Below, in pieces: positions 26,878-35,710 of a DNA stretch of 64,000 nt. The position numbers and the translations under genes are program-made. The stretch's first letter is position 1. Each line of letters starts with the position of its first letter. Source of the DNA: Candidatus Igneacidithiobacillus taupoensis (lineage in GTDB: Bacteria > Pseudomonadota > Gammaproteobacteria > Acidithiobacillales > Acidithiobacillaceae); assembly GCA_021375695.1 (NCBI GenBank), contig JAEPKX010000002.1, positions 30,794-94,793 of the forward strand, in the 5' to 3' direction. The notes under the pieces were generated by a model that did not search any database, was not told the DNA's origin, and worked only from the letters and a program-made list of their open reading frames with translations.

Positions 26878-28135
26878 GGGGTTCCTCGAGATAAGGGGCC
26901 AGCAGCCCCAGGGCCCGATCCACCGCTCCCCCTTGGGACGTATACCAGGAGTAGGCCCGATGTCCCCATTGCTGGGCACTGTTAGGGGCCGCGAGCCAGT
27001 TCTTGGTCTGCTCGACGCCATTGGCCAGGTCGGATACTTGCAGGATGGCCTCGGCTGCTTGCATGGATTGCAAGATTCCGGCAAAGTTTTCCATATGGGG
27101 ACCCACCAGGATCGGTTTCCCCCAGGCGGCTGCCTCGATGGGATTGTGCCCTCCCTTGGCCAGAAAGCTTCCCCCAATCCACACCAGTTCTGAAGCCCCA
27201 TAAAATTCGATGAGCTCGCCCAAACGATCCACCAAAAAGACCGCATCGTGGACACCGGGGATCTCCCCCCGGCTGCGTTGGGCAAAAGGGATTCCGGCCT
27301 GGCGGAGAGCGCGGGCAAGGTCGGCCCCCCGCTCGGGATGGCGGGGAAGAAGGACCAGGAGCAGGCTGGGGAACTGTGCCCGCAATGCCGGCAAAGCGGC
27401 CCAGGCCATGGCCTCCTCACCGGGATGGGTAGAGGCAAAGACCCAGAGCCGACGTCCGGCCAAAACTTCCTGCCATTGGCGGGCACGTTCCCGTGCAGTA
27501 GCATCGATACGAAAATCGAGTTTGAGTTGACCCAGGATCTCTACCCGCTTGGCACCCAGGGCCTGGAAACGTTGTCCATCGTCAACGCTTTGGGCGGCCA
27601 CCAGGGCAAGATCTTGCAGGATCGGGGTAAAGAGGCTGCGCCAGCGCTGGTACCCCGTAAACGATGGTTGGGAGAGGCGAGCATTGAGGAGGATCACGGG
27701 AATCTTCGTCCGCTTGGCCTGGGTCAGGAGATTGGGCCAGAGCTCGGTCTCCAGCAGAATCCCTACGCGTGGGCGGGTTCGGCGAAGAAATCGGCCAACG
27801 GCCCCTGGAAGGTCATAGGGCAGATATGCCTGGCTCACGCTGATGCCCAGGTTCTGCTGGATCCGTGCGCGACCGGTGGGCGTGGTGCTGGTAACCAAGA
27901 TGGGCAGCTGGGGATAGTGCTCTTGCAGACGTTTGAGCAAAGGAAGAGCAGCCATTCCCTCGCCTACGCTCACTGCATGGACCCAGAGGGGATGGTCATG
28001 GCGTCTTGGCAAGAAGCCAAAGCGTTCCCACCAGTGGGCCCGGTAGGCAGGTCGGTGGAGCAGACGCCAGCCGGTGAACAAGAGGACCAAGGGCCCCAGC
28101 AGCCAGGTCAGGAAGCCATAAAGCCACTTCATCAT
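26855..28135 (-). CDS. waaA: 3-deoxy-D-manno-octulosonic acid (Kdo) transferase WaaA
   Basis: 426 aa. N-terminal anchor, WVHAVSVGE and typical GT30 C-terminal half. Confidence 0.92.
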   Translation of the reverse strand: MMKWLYGFLTWLLGPLVLLFTGWRLLHRPAYRAHWWERFGFLPRRHDHPLWVHAVSVGEGMAALPLLKRLQEHYPQLPILVTSTTPTGRARIQQNLGISVSQAYLPYDLPGAVGRFLRRTRPRVGILLETELWPNLLTQAKRTKIPVILLNARLSQPSFTGYQRWRSLFTPILQDLALVAAQSVDDGQRFQALGAKRVEILGQLKLDFRIDATARERARQWQEVLAGRRLWVFASTHPGEEAMAWAALPALRAQFPSLLLVLLPRHPERGADLARALRQAGIPFAQRSRGEIPGVHDAVFLVDRLGELIEFYGASELVWIGGSFLAKGGHNPIEAAAWGKPILVGPHMENFAGILQSMQAAEAILQVSDLANGVEQTKNWLAAPNSAQQWGHRAYSWYTSQGGAVDRALGLLAPYLEEPLSNVPKH

Positions 28136-28815
28136 TCGCGGCGCAGAATCCGGTCGGTGAGCCAGTCCATTCGGTACCAGGGACGAAAACTCTGGAGAAG
28201 GCGCTCGCGGTCATAGCGGAACTCGACCCATTGGCGCAACGTCAGACCCGGTTCCTGGGCCATTTCTGCAAGAGCGCACTCAAAAAACCAATCAAGCACC
28301 CCGGTATTGGCGTGGCGGATATGGCCGTAGGGCCACAGTCGCAATTGCTTGCGCGCTTCTGCCAAAGGAACGGCATACCGTTCGTGCTGCAGGAGGACAC
28401 TGATGAAACCGGCCCGGTCGGCGCCCGATTTACAATGGACCAGGAGACGCGGAGGGGAGGAGGGAATCCGATCCAAAAAATGAAGGAGGGTTTCTTTTTG
28501 CGGTAAGTCTCGGGAACCAAAACCGGGAATCGGCAGATGATGGATCCCCAATTCCTCACAAGTCTCCTGTTCCAGGCGGAAATGGGGTTCATCCTTGCCT
28601 GGATCGCGGATGTTGAAGACGGCGTCAAAGTGGTGGATGCTTTGCCAACGACGCAATTGCCATGGGGCTGGCTGGGCGGAACGAAATAGTCCAGGTGCAA
28701 CCTCATGAAAATTGGCATAAAAAACTTCCCGAAAGATCCCATGATCAGTCCAGAACTGGTGCCGCCGATAGCGTCGGATTTCTGTAGGACTTAGCTTAGG
28801 GTAGCTCATGGGCAT
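28132..28815 (-). CDS. Cys-based (CX5R) dual-specificity/tyrosine-phosphatase-like protein
   Basis: 227 aa. Active-site VHCKSGADRAG (HCX5R). Overlaps the waaC stop and the waaA start. Confidence 0.78.
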   Translation of the reverse strand: MPMSYPKLSPTEIRRYRRHQFWTDHGIFREVFYANFHEVAPGLFRSAQPAPWQLRRWQSIHHFDAVFNIRDPGKDEPHFRLEQETCEELGIHHLPIPGFGSRDLPQKETLLHFLDRIPSSPPRLLVHCKSGADRAGFISVLLQHERYAVPLAEARKQLRLWPYGHIRHANTGVLDWFFECALAEMAQEPGLTLRQWVEFRYDRERLLQSFRPWYRMDWLTDRILRRE

Positions 28816-29869
28816 CGATCTTCAACAAGGGCCATAACTGCTGCCAAACGGTCTCGGGCAGAAGGCTTTCCTGGCAAGGAATCTCTTGGTCGCTGCGGCT
28901 GATTCGTCGACATTGGCTTTGTCCGCACGGCGCACAACTTTCCCGGGAAGAAAGGGGAACGATCATTGGTCCGGTATTCCATGGATGGAGGTCCAATTCT
29001 GGTGCGGTGGGTCCATAGAGGACAACTCCCGGCAGCCCCAGGGCCACGGCCAGATAGGAAAGCCCCGTATCCATTCCCACAAAGGCCCTTGCCCGAACCA
29101 TGATGCGCGCCAATTCCGCAAGATCCATAGCCGGAAGGCCCTGCACATTGGGGGCAGCACTGACAATGGATTCTACGCGATGCCGCTCGCGTGCGTCGAT
29201 GGCCGGCAAGAGGAGGGCAAGCCCACCATCGGCAAGGTTGTGCGCCAGGCTAATCCAATGCTGGATGGGCCATTCCTTGTTCTGCCAGGCCGTTGAGGTG
29301 GCATGGAAAGCGATGACAAAGGGGCGGGTAAGGAAAGCGGGCAGGGACACCGGTTCTTCCTGCCACTTCTTGGCAAGAGCAGCGAGGCCAAAATCCGCCG
29401 GACCCGATGGGCGGGGATAGGATAGGGCCTTGGCAAAGAGTTCCCGATTGCGCTGGATCGCCGTAGGCCCCCAGGGTACCCGATAGCGCTGCTGGTAGAG
29501 GAGCGTGGAAAGGGGTTCGCGGGCACTGCGGGGCGCAAGACCCAGGACCGGGGCCCCGGCCAGGCGTGCCAGGATGGCACTTTTGTAGAGTCCCTGGCTG
29601 TCCAGCACCAGGTCATAGTTGCGGGAATGTAACTGGTTCCGCAGGGCAAGGATTTTTTGCAGCAAGACCTTCTTCCCCTGGCGGCGATCACGGAGCGAAA
29701 AGGGGAGAACCTGGCGGACCATGGGATGCCATTGGGCAACGGGGGCAAAGGCAGGCTCGATCAGCCAGTCAAGTTCCAGGTCCGGATGGGCCCTTGCCAG
29801 ATCGGTGAGCGCCGGCAAGGTATGCAGCACATCGCCCAGGGAACTCAAGCGCAGCAGGAGGACCTTCAT
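28796..29869 (-). CDS. waaC: LPS heptosyltransferase I WaaC (GT9)
   Basis: MKVLLLRLSSLGDVLHTLPALTDL N-terminus and GMDTGLSYLAVALG motif. Confidence 0.88.
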   Translation of the reverse strand: MKVLLLRLSSLGDVLHTLPALTDLARAHPDLELDWLIEPAFAPVAQWHPMVRQVLPFSLRDRRQGKKVLLQKILALRNQLHSRNYDLVLDSQGLYKSAILARLAGAPVLGLAPRSAREPLSTLLYQQRYRVPWGPTAIQRNRELFAKALSYPRPSGPADFGLAALAKKWQEEPVSLPAFLTRPFVIAFHATSTAWQNKEWPIQHWISLAHNLADGGLALLLPAIDARERHRVESIVSAAPNVQGLPAMDLAELARIMVRARAFVGMDTGLSYLAVALGLPGVVLYGPTAPELDLHPWNTGPMIVPLSSRESCAPCGQSQCRRISRSDQEIPCQESLLPETVWQQLWPLLKIDAHELP

Positions 29870-30639
29870 GAAGAATCTCTTTGCCGCGCAGTCAGCATTT
29901 CCCGGGCCAGGGCGTACTTGAAATAGGCCCCCAGGGCGGTAGTCCAGGCAATGGCTCCCCCTTCGACGCCATCCAAAAAACCCAGTCGCAACAGATAGCA
30001 GCGAAAAAAGGCCCAGAGGGCATGGCTCATGGGCGTCCAGGAGGAGATCGGCCGACCCCGTGCGGCAACCTTCTGCGCATTGAGCTGGGTGTACTGTTGG
30101 GCCTTTTCCCAGAGCTGTTGGAGCGAGCTGTAGGAGTAGTGCTCCAGGGCCAGGCCAGGTATCCGGCCAACGTTACCAGCAGTCTGCCATGCTTCGTGAA
30201 CGGTATCATGGGGATTGTAGTGGCCGAGCCTGCGATCAAACAATCGCAATACTTCATCGTGTCGCCAATCGCCAAAATGAATGGGTTTGGAACCTACATA
30301 GCTGCGCCGGGATAGGGTATAAGCAGCAAATCTGGGTCCTTCGCTGAGGATTTTCTCAATGACAGATCGCGCCCTCGGGGTTAGGCATTCATCGCTGTCA
30401 ATCATCAAAATCCAGTCATGACGGGCCTGGGAAAGGGCCCAAAGGCGTTGTTTGGCAAAGCCCTCCCAGGGATGAACGAGGATCTGCACACCATAACTTG
30501 CGGCAATGGCCAGGGTATCGTCCGTGGATCCGGAATCGATGAGCAATGTTTCCTGACCAAGACCCTGGACCCGTTCCAGCGAATGGCCCAGGGTCCTGGC
30601 GGAATTATGGGTGAGATAGATCAGGGATAGGGGGGTCAG
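29866..30639 (-). CDS. Family-2 glycosyltransferase, probable non-canonical CTG start
   Basis: The first ATG/GTG/TTG in frame is TTG 30546, but the in-frame upstream codons encode the conserved GT2 N-terminus LSLIYLTHNSARTLGHSLERVQGLGQETLLIDSGSTDDT. CTG 30639 overlaps the upstream stop (CTGA) and has AAGGA 6 nt upstream. Confidence 0.7.
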   Translation of the reverse strand: MTPLSLIYLTHNSARTLGHSLERVQGLGQETLLIDSGSTDDTLAIAASYGVQILVHPWEGFAKQRLWALSQARHDWILMIDSDECLTPRARSVIEKILSEGPRFAAYTLSRRSYVGSKPIHFGDWRHDEVLRLFDRRLGHYNPHDTVHEAWQTAGNVGRIPGLALEHYSYSSLQQLWEKAQQYTQLNAQKVAARGRPISSWTPMSHALWAFFRCYLLRLGFLDGVEGGAIAWTTALGAYFKYALAREMLTARQRDSS

Positions 30640-31826
30640 AGGAAATCCTTTCGTTGCCGATAGAGAGGCAAGCCCGCCATCAACGCTACCGTAATGGCAT
30701 CGGCATACCCCCAGTTGAGAGAATCAAAGATTCCACCGAGCAAATAAATGGCAAAATAACCTAGTGCAAACCAGCCCCAGGGGGTGCTCCTGGCAGTCCA
30801 TGCCTCCTTGCTGATGAACCAGCACACCGACAAGAAAAGGGCCAGGCCAATGATTCCCTGGCTTGCAGCAACACTCAAATAACTGTTGGCGGCGGTATTC
30901 ATAATGAAATCCCCCCCACTGGGGATCCGATGTTGATGCATGAGCTCCAGGGCAGCAGGATAAAAATTTCCTGTACCCACGCCAAAGATGGGATGCTGAA
31001 AGAACAACAGTACCCCGGCCCACATGGCCAACAAGCGTAGCCCCCAACTGCTGGTGATTTCGGTCTTGCCAAGATTGAAATGCAACAATTCAGAGATTCC
31101 CTGGGAAAAATGATTGCGGACATCGGGTACCAGCAGCACCACCAGGAGGAGTACTGTGGCGATACTGGGCAATGCCCATCGCCAGCGTCCCGGATAGAGA
31201 ATAGCCAGGGCAATGGGAAAAAGGAGCAAAAAAATCACCTGACCGGAGCGGGCGGGAGCCAGAAAGAGTTGTGCTACGAAGAGGATGAACAGTATCAGAT
31301 TGATTCCTCTGGGAAAGCACCAGCGATGTTTCCAGTCGTAAGCGAGCCAGAACAGGGCATGGGCCAGAATCAAAGACAAGAAGATATGATCACAAAGCCC
31401 AGTCATGAAACCATCCCCATTGGGCCAAGGGAGCAGTTGGGCGCTCATCAGGATCGCCACCAGCTCATTGAGCAATATGCCCAGCAGAAAGGAACGGATC
31501 ACTACTTTCACCCCGTTTGGGGTCCATTGCATGGTAGCCCCAAGAAAGGCCAGGAGCCCATAGGCCGTGGCCACGGCGACCTTCTGACCAAAGAAAAAGT
31601 TGCTAGTCCATAAAAGACCGATCAGCGTCCACAGGATGAACAGAGCCCAAGGCCAGGCCCACGGTCGCTGGCCAATGGCTCGCCAATGGCGCCATTCCCG
31701 ACTGAACCCGTAGGCCACGAGCAAAAGCCCCAACGCAATACCGGAGCCAGCCGTGGTGATGGGAAAGAGCAACAGGGGAAGTCCATAAAAATATGGCAGG
31801 GTTTGGGCCGGAACACGCGGAATCAT
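30636..31826 (-). CDS. O-antigen ligase (WaaL/Wzy_C-family) membrane protein
   Basis: 396 aa, about 10-12 TM segments. FQHPIFGVGTGNF and NTAANSYLSVAASQGIIG motifs typical of the family. Confidence 0.8.
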   Translation of the reverse strand: MIPRVPAQTLPYFYGLPLLLFPITTAGSGIALGLLLVAYGFSREWRHWRAIGQRPWAWPWALFILWTLIGLLWTSNFFFGQKVAVATAYGLLAFLGATMQWTPNGVKVVIRSFLLGILLNELVAILMSAQLLPWPNGDGFMTGLCDHIFLSLILAHALFWLAYDWKHRWCFPRGINLILFILFVAQLFLAPARSGQVIFLLLFPIALAILYPGRWRWALPSIATVLLLVVLLVPDVRNHFSQGISELLHFNLGKTEITSSWGLRLLAMWAGVLLFFQHPIFGVGTGNFYPAALELMHQHRIPSGGDFIMNTAANSYLSVAASQGIIGLALFLSVCWFISKEAWTARSTPWGWFALGYFAIYLLGGIFDSLNWGYADAITVALMAGLPLYRQRKDFL

Positions 31827-32938
31827 GGAAGCCTTCCTTGGGAGAGAGATTGCAAGATCTGCTCGCCGAGCATGGTGGGGGTGGGGTTGATGAGAGTTTG
31901 GACGTTGTCCTGGTGATGATAGGCGCTGGGATTGGCAAAATTAAAAATCACCAGGTTCCGTACTCCCAAGGCAACGGCCATATGATACGGTCCCGAATCA
32001 CTGGAGACAAAGAGGGAGCAGGCCGCAATGAGCCCTGTCAGTTGGGACAAAGAGGTCTGCCCGGCAAAATCCACCACCTCCCGATCCGCGCCCCAACGCC
32101 GTCGATAGAGTACCAAAAACTGCTGGTTGATCTCGCGCTCGTTGGGGGCGCCGGTGAGGAGCAGGGGAATTTCGGAGGGTAGGTAGTCTGGCGCCAAAGC
32201 CTCTACTAACAGCTCCAGGGACGGCCTTTTGTTTTCGGCGCCGGAGGTGGCGCAGCCGATATTGAGACCCAGTAGGCGTCGACCGGCAAAACGGGAAAGA
32301 TGTTCTTGTTGCCAGCGCTTTCCCTTTGCCGTCACCGATAGAACGATGGCTTGCCCCTGCCGCGCAAGCCCCAAGGCACGGAGCGCCGCAAAATCCCGTT
32401 CGGTATAGTCCAGGGGGAGCGCTAGGCCGGCCTCGCGGGCATAGCGTTCCAGCGAGGGGCCGGCATGATCGTAGAGAAGTCCCCGACCAGGAACCTGGGC
32501 CACCCCGATACTCGCCGCCGCGGGACACTGGCGGCGAAGGTAGCGGGTGACCAATAGGGTCTCCAGGCCATGGGGCTCGTGATCAATGAGGAGATCGGGG
32601 GTATATTCCTTCGCGATCTGCCGGAGTTGGGGGAGAAGTTGTCGCCAGGTCTGCGGACCCACCCCACGCATGCCCGCCCATCGTCCCTCGCGCATGGGCA
32701 GGAAATGGGCGGCTTCCAGAAGGGGATGCTCGGCAATGAGTTCCTCGCTGGGATACCCTGCCCAGCGATTCAAAAAAAGGAGCCGCAACCGGGCCTCGGG
32801 CCAACGTTTTTTGAGGACGGCCCAGGCTGCGGAGCTGCGCAAAAGATCGCCAATTCCAGCACTATGGGATTTGATCAGAAGGATGCGCTGGGGAGTGCTG
32901 GGCATTGGACGACGGGGCATGGACAAACTCATGGCCAA
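31823..32938 (-). CDS. GT9-family glycosyl/heptosyltransferase
   Basis: 371 aa. ILLIKSHSAGIGDLL and SSDSGPYHMAVALG motifs. Confidence 0.8.
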   Translation of the reverse strand: MAMSLSMPRRPMPSTPQRILLIKSHSAGIGDLLRSSAAWAVLKKRWPEARLRLLFLNRWAGYPSEELIAEHPLLEAAHFLPMREGRWAGMRGVGPQTWRQLLPQLRQIAKEYTPDLLIDHEPHGLETLLVTRYLRRQCPAAASIGVAQVPGRGLLYDHAGPSLERYAREAGLALPLDYTERDFAALRALGLARQGQAIVLSVTAKGKRWQQEHLSRFAGRRLLGLNIGCATSGAENKRPSLELLVEALAPDYLPSEIPLLLTGAPNEREINQQFLVLYRRRWGADREVVDFAGQTSLSQLTGLIAACSLFVSSDSGPYHMAVALGVRNLVIFNFANPSAYHHQDNVQTLINPTPTMLGEQILQSLSQGRLP

Positions 32939-33999
32939 AATTGTGTCAGGAAATCCTGGGCCACCCGCGGGGCGGCAAAACGTTGTACAAACTGTGGTCC
33001 GGCGGCACCCCAGCGGGCCCGCAAGTCGGGATCTCCCGCCACCGAAACGATCCCCTCACGCCATGCCGCCACTTCCCCGGCGGGCAGGAGCCTGCCCGTC
33101 TGCTCGGGGGCAAAGGCTTCGGGAATCCCACCCATCGCGGCACCCAAGACTGGCAATGCCGCTGCCTGGGCCTCTACCAGTACCCGGCCGAAGGTGTCGG
33201 GCTCGATGGAAGGCAAAGCCAGCAGGTCCATGGCCCCGTACCAGGGGTAGACCTGGTCGCTCCAGCCCACCAGGTGATGCCATGGTCGCGCTGCCAAACG
33301 CTCGCGCAGTTGGGTCTCATGGGCCCCCCCGCCAATCCAAAGTCCATGGATGCGCGGGTCTTGGGCATGGGCCTGGTCTAGGGCATCGGCCAGCAGAAAG
33401 ACCCCCTTGCCCCGATGCCAGGCCCCAACGAAACCCACCAGTACGGTGTCCTCGGCCAGACCCAATCGGGTTCGCAGGACATTGCGCGCAGCAGGCGCCG
33501 GCACCAGCTCTTCGACAAAGAGGGGATTGGGCACATATTCCACCCGGGGTGCGGGGATTCCGCGTGCCACCAGCCGCCCTTGCAGATACTGGGAAATGGC
33601 TACCAATCGCAACGGCCAACGGGAGAGGAGCCAGCGGGTGCTCGGTCGCAGGCCCAGGTCCATGTGGCGAAAGAGGACCAAGGGTACCCCGTAGGTACGA
33701 CTTGCCAATGCCAATGGCCAATATTCCTTGCTGAAACTGCCCACCAATAATTGGGGCTGGAGTTTCCTCATTGCCCGATGCAATGCCAGGAAACCGTTGG
33801 GATCGGCACTATTGCGAAAAGTCCCATGCCAGAGTCGTACTTCAGTCCGGGCCAGGGCCTTGGCAATCTTGCCATGGGGGTGGACCAGGGCATGGGTTTC
33901 GATCCCGGCAGTGGCCAAGGCACGCAGGAAGGTGATCATGTGGGTCTCGGTCCCACCCCCACCGGGATTGGTTCCCACCCAGAGCAGGCGGTCAGCCAA
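32929..33999 (-). CDS. GT4 (GT-B fold, family 1-type) glycosyltransferase
   Basis: 356 aa. E-x7-E-like C-terminal region (PSIEPDTFGRVLVEAQAAALPVLG). Confidence 0.8.
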   Translation of the reverse strand: MADRLLWVGTNPGGGGTETHMITFLRALATAGIETHALVHPHGKIAKALARTEVRLWHGTFRNSADPNGFLALHRAMRKLQPQLLVGSFSKEYWPLALASRTYGVPLVLFRHMDLGLRPSTRWLLSRWPLRLVAISQYLQGRLVARGIPAPRVEYVPNPLFVEELVPAPAARNVLRTRLGLAEDTVLVGFVGAWHRGKGVFLLADALDQAHAQDPRIHGLWIGGGAHETQLRERLAARPWHHLVGWSDQVYPWYGAMDLLALPSIEPDTFGRVLVEAQAAALPVLGAAMGGIPEAFAPEQTGRLLPAGEVAAWREGIVSVAGDPDLRARWGAAGPQFVQRFAAPRVAQDFLTQFWP

Positions 34000-34031
34000 G
34001 ATCCTGTACCTGGATGCCAGGGCGGCAATCC

Positions 34032-34754
34032 CTAGCGACGGTGTCGGTCTTCATAGCCAGTCCAGAGCTGCAAGGGAAAAACATGGGGAAGATGATGCCC
34101 TCCCACACTGATCCGTGGTAAGGTCCAGAGATCTTGCCCGACCCGGGCCCGCCCCCGTTGGGTCGTGACTGCCGCCAGGAAACCGCTTTGTTGGACCAGA
34201 TCCCGTTCCCGTCTGTCCATGGCCCCATAGGGATAGGCGAAGGTGCAGACCTCTTGCCCCAGGAGGTTCTCCAGATCTTCTTTGCTGCCACGAATTTCGG
34301 CCTTGGCGGCGGGATAGGGGAGTTGGGGCAATCGGGGATGAGCACGGGTGTGGGCGCCCACCTCCATCCCTGCCGCCACCCAGGCTTGCAGCGCGTTGCG
34401 ATCCATCACGGCTTTGCGTGTCCCGAGTTGTTCGGCATCCCAGTGATTATGGCCCCCCAATGCCCCCGAGACCACAAAGCAGGTGGCCGTAAAGCCGTGC
34501 CGTTCCAAAATTGGCAAGGCTTCCTCCACATTGTCCTGGTAACCATCGTCAAAGGTCAGCACGACGACCTTATCCTCCTGTTTCCCTTGCAGATAGGGCA
34601 GGGCATCCCGCAAGGACAGGGCCCGATACCCTCCCAGGGACAAGAGCCGCATTTGGGCGGCAAAACGACGTGGTGGCAGATACAAACTGCGTAGCCGCAC
34701 CCCGCCGGGGGGGCGGGCGATATTGTGGTACATGAGGATGGGTATGGCCGGCAT
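34032..34754 (-). CDS. Polysaccharide deacetylase (NodB homology; ArnD/LgmC-like)
   Basis: 240 aa. TFDDGYQDN, GAHTRAHPRL and AYPYG motifs. Confidence 0.85.
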   Translation of the reverse strand: MPAIPILMYHNIARPPGGVRLRSLYLPPRRFAAQMRLLSLGGYRALSLRDALPYLQGKQEDKVVVLTFDDGYQDNVEEALPILERHGFTATCFVVSGALGGHNHWDAEQLGTRKAVMDRNALQAWVAAGMEVGAHTRAHPRLPQLPYPAAKAEIRGSKEDLENLLGQEVCTFAYPYGAMDRRERDLVQQSGFLAAVTTQRGRARVGQDLWTLPRISVGGHHLPHVFPLQLWTGYEDRHRR

Positions 34755-34759
34755 GGGGG

Positions 34760-35710
34760 CTATTCTGGAAGCCTTTTGCGCACCACGTAGGTGGTTTTCC
34801 CCTGGCTTTCGAAATAGATGCGCGACAGCATCTCGGCCACGATTCCCGTATTGAGGAACTGCAAGCCCCCCAAAAAGAAGAGGACCCCGGCGATGAGCAT
34901 GGGACGGCCCGAGATGGCGGCCCCCTCAACAAATTTATCCAGGAGGAGATAGACCAGCATTCCTGTACCTAGCAGGAGGGAAAAGAGACCAACCACGCCA
35001 AAGAAATGCATGGGCCGTTGGCTGTATCCCAAAAAAAACTTGACGAACAGGAGATCCACCAAGACCCGAAAGGTCCGGGTGATCCCATATTTGCTTTTGC
35101 CTGCACGTCGAGGATGGTGCCGCACGGGGACTTCGACGATGCGATCCGTGTAGGTCAGGGTGGAGAGCCAGGCCGGGATGAAGCGATGCATTTCACCGTA
35201 CAGACGAACCCCGTGCAGGACCGAGGCGCGGTATGCCTTGAGGGTACAGCCATAATCGTGCAGCTTGACCCCAGTCAGGCGACGAATGAGGCGATTGGCG
35301 ATGCGCGAGGGGATCTTGCGGAGGAAGAGTCCATCCTGCCGGTTTTTGCGCCAACCCGCCACCACGTCCAGATTCTCCCGTAACAGTCTTTCGGCCAGCG
35401 GAAGGATGTCTTGGGGATCGTTTTGTAGGTCAGCATCCAGGGTGACGATGACCTCCCCCTGGGCGGCATCGATCCCTGCCTGCATGGCCGCCGTCTGACC
35501 AAAATTGCGCTGCAGGTGGATCACCGTCAGGACCTCGGACCAGTCCGCCTGGGCCCGGTCGAGGGCAGCCGCACTACCGTCCCGGCTACCGTCATCGACA
35601 ATGATGATTTCCACATCTGCACCCTCCAGGGCCTGGCGTAAAGCCGCGAGGAGGGCATCGATACTTTCGACCTCGTTGTAGAGGGGGATGACTACAGAGA
35701 GTTGGGGCAT
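34760..35710 (-). CDS. Polyprenyl-phosphate glycosyltransferase (GT2; ArnC/GtrB/LgmA-like)
   Basis: 316 aa. LSVVIPLYNE, IIIVDDGSRDGS and DADLQNDP motifs plus two C-terminal TM helices, as in ArnC/GtrB. Confidence 0.85.
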   Translation of the reverse strand: MPQLSVVIPLYNEVESIDALLAALRQALEGADVEIIIVDDGSRDGSAAALDRAQADWSEVLTVIHLQRNFGQTAAMQAGIDAAQGEVIVTLDADLQNDPQDILPLAERLLRENLDVVAGWRKNRQDGLFLRKIPSRIANRLIRRLTGVKLHDYGCTLKAYRASVLHGVRLYGEMHRFIPAWLSTLTYTDRIVEVPVRHHPRRAGKSKYGITRTFRVLVDLLFVKFFLGYSQRPMHFFGVVGLFSLLLGTGMLVYLLLDKFVEGAAISGRPMLIAGVLFFLGGLQFLNTGIVAEMLSRIYFESQGKTTYVVRKRLPE

